From Octopus vulgaris (lineage: Eukaryota): DNA of 64,000 bases. The notes below the pieces were generated by a model. That model was not told the DNA's origin. It ran no database searches and saw nothing but the letters and a program-made list of their open reading frames with translations. The DNA is taken from the NCBI GenBank assembly GCA_951406725.2, contig OX597822.1:105214001-105278000 (forward strand). Reading direction: 5' to 3'. The position numbers and the translations under genes are program-made. Shown here one piece after another: positions 55,455 through 64,000 of the stretch (positions within the stretch are counted from its first letter, which is position 1; every line of letters begins with the position of its first letter).

Positions 55455-56722
55455 CAGGGATTGGAAAAAAATAATGGAAACACCTAGCATCATAGCATCA
55501 TAATTTTGAAATATCTATGGAACAGTCAAAAGCTTGTTTATTTTTAGGTTTTTGATTTATTATTAGTGTTGCTTAATATGTTTTGCTAAAATTGTTGTTT
55601 CTTTTCAGATAACATCAGTAAAACATAATTAAAATTCATTAAAATGACACATCTATCAGACTTTCAAAAAGGACAAGTTGTTGGAGCTCCTATGGCAGGC
55701 CCTAGTGTAACGAAAACAGCCGAAATGTTTGGTGTATTAAGAAGTACTGTCTCGAAAGTAATGACAGCCTTTGAGAAAGAGGAAAAACCTCCTCGTCGAA
55801 ACAAAGCTCCGGAAGAAAGCCAAAACTTTCATATAGAGACCGTCGGACTCTAACGCAAATTGTTACAAAGGAACACAAAAGTACAGCTCACAAAATTACA
55901 GCAGCGCTTAACGACCACCCCGAGAAGCCAGTTTCCACAAAAACTGTTCGTCGGGAGAAGCAGAAAGCCAGATTTCACTGGAGGGCTGGAATCAGAAAAC
56001 CACTACTTTCAAAAACAAACGTTGCAAAGCGTTTAGAGTGGAGTAAAACCTACAGAATTGGTCCCTAGAGCTGTGGAAGAATGTTAATTTCTCGGACGAG
56101 CCATCTTTTACTTTATTTCCGACCATCGGCCGAGTATATGTGTGGAGACAACCAAAAGAAGCATTTGACCAAGACTGTCTTCTTCCAATTGTTAAACACG
56201 AAGGAAGAACTATGGTGATCGGGAAGGGGTGTTATATCTTGGAAATCCGCCGGCCCAATGGTTTCTCTTCATGGCAGAATTAATAGTCTAGACTATTTAA
56301 GCATTTTATTTGGTCAAATTCATCCTATGGTTGCAGAACTGTTTCTGGTGTGAAACGCAATTTTTCAGGATGATAATGCACCAATTCACACCGCTAAAGT
56401 TGTTATTGAATGGAACGAGGAACATTTTAGTGAAGCTGAACATCTTACCTGGTCACCACAGTCTCCAGATCTCGATAATTTTGAACATTTATGGTGCATT
56501 TTAGAAAAACAAGTAAGGAGTTGATATACTCCACCATCATCAATACATTAATTGGAGACTGTTTTAGTTGAAGAACGGACAAAAATTCATTTGGAAACAA
56601 TTCGGACATTTTGCGAGTCCATACCTCTTAGAATTCAAGCTGTAATTACCGCCCAGGGCGGTACTACCCCATATTGCAATACATTTGTTTGAAATTTTTT
56701 CCATTATTTTGTCTAACCCCTG
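55455..56722 (+). mobile_element. Full-length degenerate Tc1-like transposon, DD36E spacing
   Basis: TA-flanked TIRs CAGGGATTGGAAAAAATAATGGAAA / TTTCCATTATTTTGTCTAACCCCTG. Confidence 0.9.
55644..56690 (+). pseudogene. Tc1-family transposase pseudogene
   Basis: MTHLSDFQKGQVVG HTH, FSDE, IFQDDNAPIH...SPDLDNFEHLW; frameshifts and stops. Confidence 0.88.
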
Positions 56723-57273
56723 TATCTATATATATAAACACACACATGTGTGTATATATGTGTGTGGTTATGTGTGATCGTTTGAGACTACGTTAAGTTT
56801 TTATCTTCGCAGACTTCAAGCCGACTACTAACAACATAATAGAGCCAAAGCAATTGCTGGTATTTGTGAATATTTGAATGATTTAAGTATGTCCATATAT
56901 TTAGATGCATATATGAATACATTTTCACTCAAGTACGCGTTGGCATGTCATAAACAGTTATATATGATTCATTATATCTTATGAACCTGTGTGAATACGA
57001 TATGCACATGCAATCTTCTGCATTCCTTTATTGTAGAAAACAAAGATGGACGCTGCCTGGAATGTTTCCAAATTTTCACCGTTATAATAATCAATAGTAT
57101 TCGGTGCATGCATGTTCTTCTACTTTGTTCTTTCTGGTATGACCCCAGTATTTTATGCTAATCTGTTGCTGCATGCCTCAGTGCACTTATTCGAATAGGT
57201 ACAAATGAAAATCCATATTCTGGATACAAAGACAGTACGTTTCTCATTCATTCATGTGTGCAAGTATTTGTAT

Positions 57274-57334
<61 letters not shown>

Positions 57335-57512
57335 AGTGTACATTTAAACACATAAGGAATCCACTCGTTGGATTCAACATGCTAGAAAGACAGCTAGGTT
57401 CTATAACCACAAAGTTAGGGATAAAATTCGACAGGAACGAAATGGAAAAATAAAAAAAATTTACCATCTAGTTTCCTGGACCAATTGGTTACTGATTTCA
57501 GTTTATCAAATA

Positions 57513-57568
57513 AATAATATTCGCTAGGTGAAATCTTTTTCAACAGATATCACCTAGCGAATATTATT
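57513..57568. repeat. 24-bp-arm hairpin
   Basis: AATAATATTCGCTAGGTGAAATCT / AGATATCACCTAGCGAATATTATT. Confidence 0.85.
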
Positions 57569-57801
57569 AACTATTTTATGAGTAATACGTAGGCTTTTGA
57601 CTAAACTTTTACACGCTAGGCCACTGGGAGTCAAAATTTTTATTAACTTCCATTTCCATTCGATCTGATTAAGTATATATATATATATATATATATGATT
57701 GTAATTATACACGTATGCTTGTATGTCTGCATAATATGTGGGTATGTACGTTAGTATGTATTTTTACCAGGTATATTTGTGTGTGATTGCACACAATACA
57801 C

Positions 57802-57914
<113 letters not shown>

Positions 57915-58316
57915 TACATATATATATATATGTATGTATGTATTTATATATGAGTGTTTGTATATAATGTATACATGCATAAAGGCAAGGAAAAGATACT
58001 GCGAAGTTTCCGGCCAAGAGTTTCTCTCAAAAGGCATTCCACAAAATATATGTATTTATATGTATATTATATGTATGTATATGTTATATATATAATATAT
58101 TATATATATAATAAATATGTTTATATTATCTAAGCCAATGGTAGAAGACATTTGCTTAATCTGGTATCGAACGCAAAACAGTTAGATACAAAGCAATCAT
58201 CTTAATCACATGGATAAACCTGTGTGAAGATTCTTCAGTGCCTTTACCTTTAAGTCCGGTTTTACCCACTCATACACACCACATCACACATAAACACATA
58301 TCTGTTTGTGTCTTTA

Positions 58317-58360
<44 letters not shown>

Positions 58361-58367
58361 CAAACAC

Positions 58368-58455
<88 letters not shown>

Positions 58456-58490
58456 ATATATGTATATATATATGTATATATATATGTATG

Positions 58491-58536
<46 letters not shown>

Positions 58537-58539
58537 GTT

Positions 58540-58582
<43 letters not shown>

Positions 58583-59251
58583 ATATGTGTGTGCAATTAT
58601 ATAGTAGTTTATTCATGCATTTAGAAAAATGTGCATGCATATTTCTATACGTCAGTGTTCTCACCTCGGATATCCAATTTACGCTGCAAGTATCCTAATG
58701 TTTTTGTTCTTGTCTTCAACATGGATTAGAGTTTTAATACTTTCCGAAACATAAATTGATTGTTTTTCATTTTGAATTTGATTTATTTTGCATTTATGTT
58801 GTCGTCAGGAAAAATCCTATTTTGAAAATATTAAGGTTTTTGTTTCTGTATTTTGTTTTCAATTCATTATACACATTGAAATAAACTGCTTCTTAACACA
58901 TAAAACATAAGAAGACAAAAGTGGGTCCTGACAGTTACAGCAAATCTTTTAAAAGCTAATATGTCTTACTTCTTTTTAAACACTTCCTTATTCTTGCAAC
59001 AACCCCGGTTTCAAAGTAATCATGTCTTTGCATAAAACCGAGATAATTGTATCATTCCTTGTACATCAGCCAAGTCGATTGTTGATCGTAAAGAAATTGT
59101 AGAGCTTCGTTCTTCCTAAGAGGAAGGCAATCCAAATGATGCTATCTGCTCGACATAAGGATATTACTATACTTAAAAGGTTAAGTAGTTCTATATGACA
59201 GAAGAGACATGACGATTTCAATAGGTTTAATGAATATTAAATTATATATAT

Positions 59252-59335
<84 letters not shown>

Positions 59336-60216
59336 GTGTGTGTATGTGTTTTTTTTATTTTCTGGTTTGTTTATCCTACGTGAAGGTGAATCCCTTAGCA
59401 AATAGTGTGAATATATTCCTATTAGCGCATATAATAGTGCTAATATCAAGTGGCAAGTTTAAGCTATTTGTTTTTTAATTACTATATTTAATTCTAGTGA
59501 AGATGCCTGTCAAATTCTTTTGAATAACTGACATAAATGTTTACTGTTATCTAGTTGCTCCGTGTTCAAATCCAACCGTGGGTGGCTTTGCTTTTCGTTA
59601 TTAAAGGGGCGAAAAAAAAACGACGAGCTGTAAGAATCATTAGCACGCCGAGAAAAAGGTTTAGTGGTCCTTCGCCCATCGCTACATTGAGTTCAAATTC
59701 CGCCGATGTTAACTTTGCCTTTCATAATTTCGGGATCGATTAACTAAGTACCAGTGAAACTCTGGGGTCGATGCAATCGACTTGTATCCCACCACAAAAA
59801 TTTCAAGCCTTGTGCTTTTAGTAGAAAGGATTAATAATGGGTCGAAAAAATAAATACCAATGACCATAGATTTTTCTATTGCTGTAAATATATTTAGTCA
59901 TTCACCATATTTGTAGTAGTACAAGTATATAAAATAAAGCCTTTGTGCAGAACGAATTGTAACAGGACGATTCGAAAGAGAGCTAGCCAGAGGTGGAGGC
60001 TATGTTGAAGCAATCTATTGATGGTAAAGTCTCCAGTTATAAACACTTCTAGAGGAAAAAAGGCACACGATTACTTAATATTCGTTCTTCAAAATTTCTG
60101 AGAGTATTGTTAATTACTTCCCTATTTGTTCCCTAAGTAGGAATTTTTATCTAAATCCGAATAACAACGACCAAAACTATTTAACGTATTATATATTCCG
60201 AAAATGTTCACATCAT

Positions 60217-60378
60217 AGTCGCAGATGTCGCTGTGTGGTAAGAAGCCTGCTGCCCAACAACATAGTTCCGGGTTCAGTCTCACTGCGTGGCACATTGGGC
60301 AAGTATCTTCTGTAATAGCCTCGTGCCGAGCAAAGCCTTATGAGTGGATTTAAGACGTAAACTGAAGGAAACCTCTCG

Positions 60379-60437
<59 letters not shown>

Positions 60438-60835
60438 TCGCCATGATTGACCGCTAAATCTACAAGTTTTCTCTTCTCTCTCTGTTTGTTTCCTCATGTT
60501 CCTTTCTGATGAAGAGCGTAGGCTCTAAATGTAAAAGACTTTCTCACCTTTCCTAGCGTCAAACAATACATCTGCTTGTTGTTCAAACACCTGTCTTCGT
60601 CTTTTGTTTTTCTGCGTGTGTGTTTGTGTGTGTTTGCCCCTCCTAACACCTCGTGACAACCGGTCTTCGTGTATTTACATCCCTGTAGTCTAGTGGTTCG
60701 GCCAAAGAGACAATAGAATATGTACACGGCTTTCAAAAATAAGTTCTCAGATCGATTTGTTCCACTTAAAACCTTTCAATGTGTTGCTCCAGCATGGTCG
60801 CAGTCAGATGACTGAAACAAGTAAAGGATAAAAGA
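60217..60835 (+). mobile_element. SINE-A copy hosting a hammerhead-motif repeat in its internal (TA)n
   Basis: Head at 60217-60380; body resumes after about 60612. Confidence 0.75.
60439..60611 (+). mobile_element. Hammerhead-motif short repeat, copy 4
   Basis: CGCCATGATTGACCGCTA start; CTTT-CTGATGA-AGAGCGTAGGCTC-TAAATGTA-AAAG. Confidence 0.65.
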
Positions 60836-61226
60836 TCAGTCATGGGGTAGCAGACTATTATGTATTCAATTAGACTTATGTCAGCGTGCGTTCACATACA
60901 GACAAACCTTTATATATTAATGGTGATATTTTGCTTTAGAGAATATTTACATTACCAAATAAGTGACAAGTAACATTATTTAAGTGTTTTATTGTCTGCT
61001 ATAGATAAAAGTGAGTCATATTATTAATTCATTTTATCACTGCAAAATATATTTCGGTCGCATTAAAACGAAAACTCCTGTTATTCAATCTACACAGTAG
61101 ACATCCTTATTGCAACGGATTGGTAAAATGAAACAGAGATGAAATCTAAATGGTTCGATTCTTAAAATGTGTTTGATGTACTGAAGACCATTTCATTCAC
61201 TACTGAAAAACAACCTTATATGAAAA

Positions 61227-61626
61227 CTAGCAGTATAGCCCAGCGTTGCTCGGACTTGGGTTCTTTCCGACCATTTAGAATTGGAATTTTTGAAAAGCAA
61301 AAAAATTTGCATTATGTAGCTTGTTATTCTCTTTAAGTGAACATTTTTCTGGTTCAAATACACCGTAAAATGATGACACAGCAGTAAACAAAATCGTAAA
61401 AAATAGGGATTTTCATAGAAAAAAAGCACCATTTTGATGTAAATAATTTTTGGTGTTAACATAGTCCGATTTGAAATTTTTCTGCGACGGATAGAAGAGC
61501 AAGCGTTTTTATATCATACTGTCAACTTTGGCCAACTTGCGCTGCAGAGTCTCGGAGGAGATAGTGTTAGTTGAAGGCTACCAAACCTGCCATACACAGA
61601 CAACTTCAGCTTTATATAGAGAGAGA
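61227..61626 (-). mobile_element. Second non-autonomous Helitron subfamily (shared 3' end, different body)
   Basis: A-CTAGCAGTATAGCCCAGCGTTGCTCGG terminus; TC at the other end. Confidence 0.75.
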
Positions 61627-61700
61627 TAACAAAAAAAAAAATGCTGTAATATTACAGCAGATTTCTAAAGTTCATAAATTGCAGGGATTCTTTATATTCA

Positions 61701-62900
61701 TTGGATCATCCCATACATGATGCGGATTCTGTTATACTTCTTTTATTTTTCAAAATTAAGATAAACAAAGTTCTTTTTTAATCTCAAATATAGTCTCCTT
61801 CATTTTATGTAATGTTTTCCACCTACCTGATAGATTTGCAAGGCCCCTCTTCCAAAATTCACTTGTCCGAGACCAAAAATACTCCCCCAGTACTGTTCTG
61901 ACCTCGTCAACTGAGTTCTTACTTTTTGAAGACTGCAGAATAAATGATAATCAGATGGGACAATGTCCGGTGAATATGGTATGTGGGGTATCGCTTCTCA
62001 TTCAAACTACTCCAACCTTTCGAATGTCACCCGCGCTGTATGTGGCCAAGCATTATCCTGATGGAAGAATATCTTTCGTTTGAAGCCAAAGATGGTCGTT
62101 TTTCTTCTAGCGTTGACTTAAGCCGTTCATGCTACTCACAGTAGATTTCCTTTGTTACTGTTTGGCTTGAGTTTAAAATTTCAAAGTGGACTAAACCTTT
62201 CATATCCCACCAAACAGATAACAACACCTTACGTGGGTGAAGACCTTCAGTGGTCTGGGTTGCCGGTGTTTCTTCTTTCCCTACCCACTGTCTTCGGTGC
62301 TTGACATTTTTATAGAGAGCGCATTTCTCGTCCTCAGTCACTATTCGATCCAAGAAAGATTCATTCGTGAAATGTGACAGCATGGAAGACCACACATTCA
62401 CACTCTGCGCGCGTTTAGACTCGGAAAGTTTGTGAGGAACACATTGACCCAATTTGCAGACTTTTGCGATGGCACGCAGGTGTCGATGACTAGTTCAATG
62501 ACCAAATCTAAGTTTCGCTGCTAGTTACGATGGGATTTTGTTCCACCTGGGTCCGCAGGACGTCCTTGTCAAACTCTACAGATCATCCAGAACGTGGTTC
62601 GTCTTCTAGCCTGTAGTTTCCGGCTCGAAATTCCTCGAACCACCGCTGACACTGGCTTACACTTATCCGATCCCCATATACTGCATTAATATTCTTCGCA
62701 CTTTCCGTTGCGCTATTGCCTTTATTGAATTCATAAAGCAAAATAACCTCCTTTGTCACTTCCATTATAGCTTTGAAAAGATAACTGTTAAAATCGAACT
62801 GCACTCTTGAAAACTTGTACCAAGAATGATTCAAGGTAAAATCACCACCTGATTTTATAGCTAGTTGATGCAGATAGTTTATCCCGTCCTCCTTTTTCAA
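61701..62900 (-). mobile_element. Degenerate mariner transposon, nearly full transposase
   Basis: LLYEFNKGNSATESAKNI, VPHKL, IVTEDEK, HPRKVLLSVWWD, HQDNA, PYSPDIVPSDYHLF; one TIR-like end at 61701. Confidence 0.88.
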
Positions 62901-62926
62901 TTATATATAATATATGTATATATATT

Positions 62927-62975
<49 letters not shown>

Positions 62976-62985
<10 letters not shown>

Positions 62986-63238
62986 GCTTAGTAAAATAAA
63001 TTACACATACTGAACTCACACTAAAAAAACTTTTTAAAACTATTTCACTTAAAGAAAATCTCTCATATAGTGTTTGCTCAATTCAACTCAATTCAACTTA
63101 CTTTCGTGAGTTGAATTGAGCAAACATATATGAGAGGATTTTCTTTAAGTATTAGAAATAGTTTTAAAAGTTTTTTACTACTATTTCTAATGAGTTCAGT
63201 ATGTGGCAAGTAATTTATTTTACTAACCCTTTTATATA
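62976..63238. repeat. Imperfect ~260-bp fold-back abutting (TA)n
   Basis: TTAGTAAAATAAATTAC...GCTCAATTCAACTCA mirrored by TGAGTTGAATTGAGC...GTAATTTATTTTACTAA, with small indels. Confidence 0.88.
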
Positions 63239-63348
63239 ATGTAATAATTTGAATTCGCCTTAAATGGTCCTTTACATACTGAATACTTGGTGAAATTGAT
63301 TAATAATTAATTAATTTTACCCTCAATTGTTGAAATATATATATATAT

Positions 63349-63390
<42 letters not shown>

Positions 63391-63895
63391 GAATAAATGT
63401 ATTTCAGCAATAGACTATGTGACTGGTTGCCTGCTCCAATAAAGGAGTTTCTTATGAGTATAGCCGGATTAGTTATATCCATATATTGTGAATTGTGTGA
63501 GATAGATAGATAGATGGATTCTAAATGTGCGCGCATTCCAGTCACAAATACAAAAATGTGAAAATCGAAATACATTCACAAGAACACTCTAAGAAGTTTG
63601 TAGCTTGTGCAAATCAATCTCTGATGTATTAGATTTGCTTAAGATATTCCTTTTCTGCAAAGTGAATTACAGATTTTGCTTCCATAGATTTTAATTGTGT
63701 TTCAATAACTTTTAAGTTAACCTAGATTTTATATTTACCCCTCCCGAATCAACATGGTTTTTAGAAATAGTACAGTTCTCGCAGTTTTAGTTAGAAGCGT
63801 TTATTTTTCCCAATATTATGAGTTTAGCTGTAACACACATAGCCGTACTTTGACTGAGAACCAAAGAAATTTCGGAGACGGTGAAAATGCTAGTG

Positions 63896-63931
<36 letters not shown>

Positions 63932-64000
63932 CATATATATCGTATACGCCGGAGACTGGGATATTAGAGGCATCTATGTTCCAAACAGCAGAGGTCATTT

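Noticed and set aside
59000-59045. Minus-strand CAAAG...CTTTGAAACCGG hammerhead-like fragment
   Set aside because: Core and cleavage triplet are absent

Overview
Eukaryotic, AT-rich, microsatellite-dense, repeat-dominated non-coding DNA. The SINE repertoire resembles that of octopus/cephalopods (inference from memory, not verified). No intact host gene is visible, and nearly all ORF-track entries are translations of (TA)n/(CA)n/(TTA)n/(TTC)n tracts or of SINEs. Supported elements: at least 4 tRNA-headed SINE families (several with TSDs), a 5'-inverted RTE LINE with a 14-bp TSD, an R4/Dong-type fragment inside (TAA)n, non-autonomous Helitrons/Helentrons, three mariner relics, a full-length degenerate Tc1-like element with DD36E spacing, and a Penelope-like GIY-YIG relic. 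The most interesting signal is a set of minimal type-I hammerhead ribozyme motifs with a palindromic helix III: a ~200-bp four-copy family next to (TA)n tracts, one canonical motif inside an inverted-repeat-bounded unit, and a variant in the Penelope 3' region. Also notable: a consensus recursive-splice-type site (branch point, pyrimidine tract, CAG|GTAAGT) suggesting the window is inside a very long + strand intron, and several fold-back palindromes abutting (TA)n.
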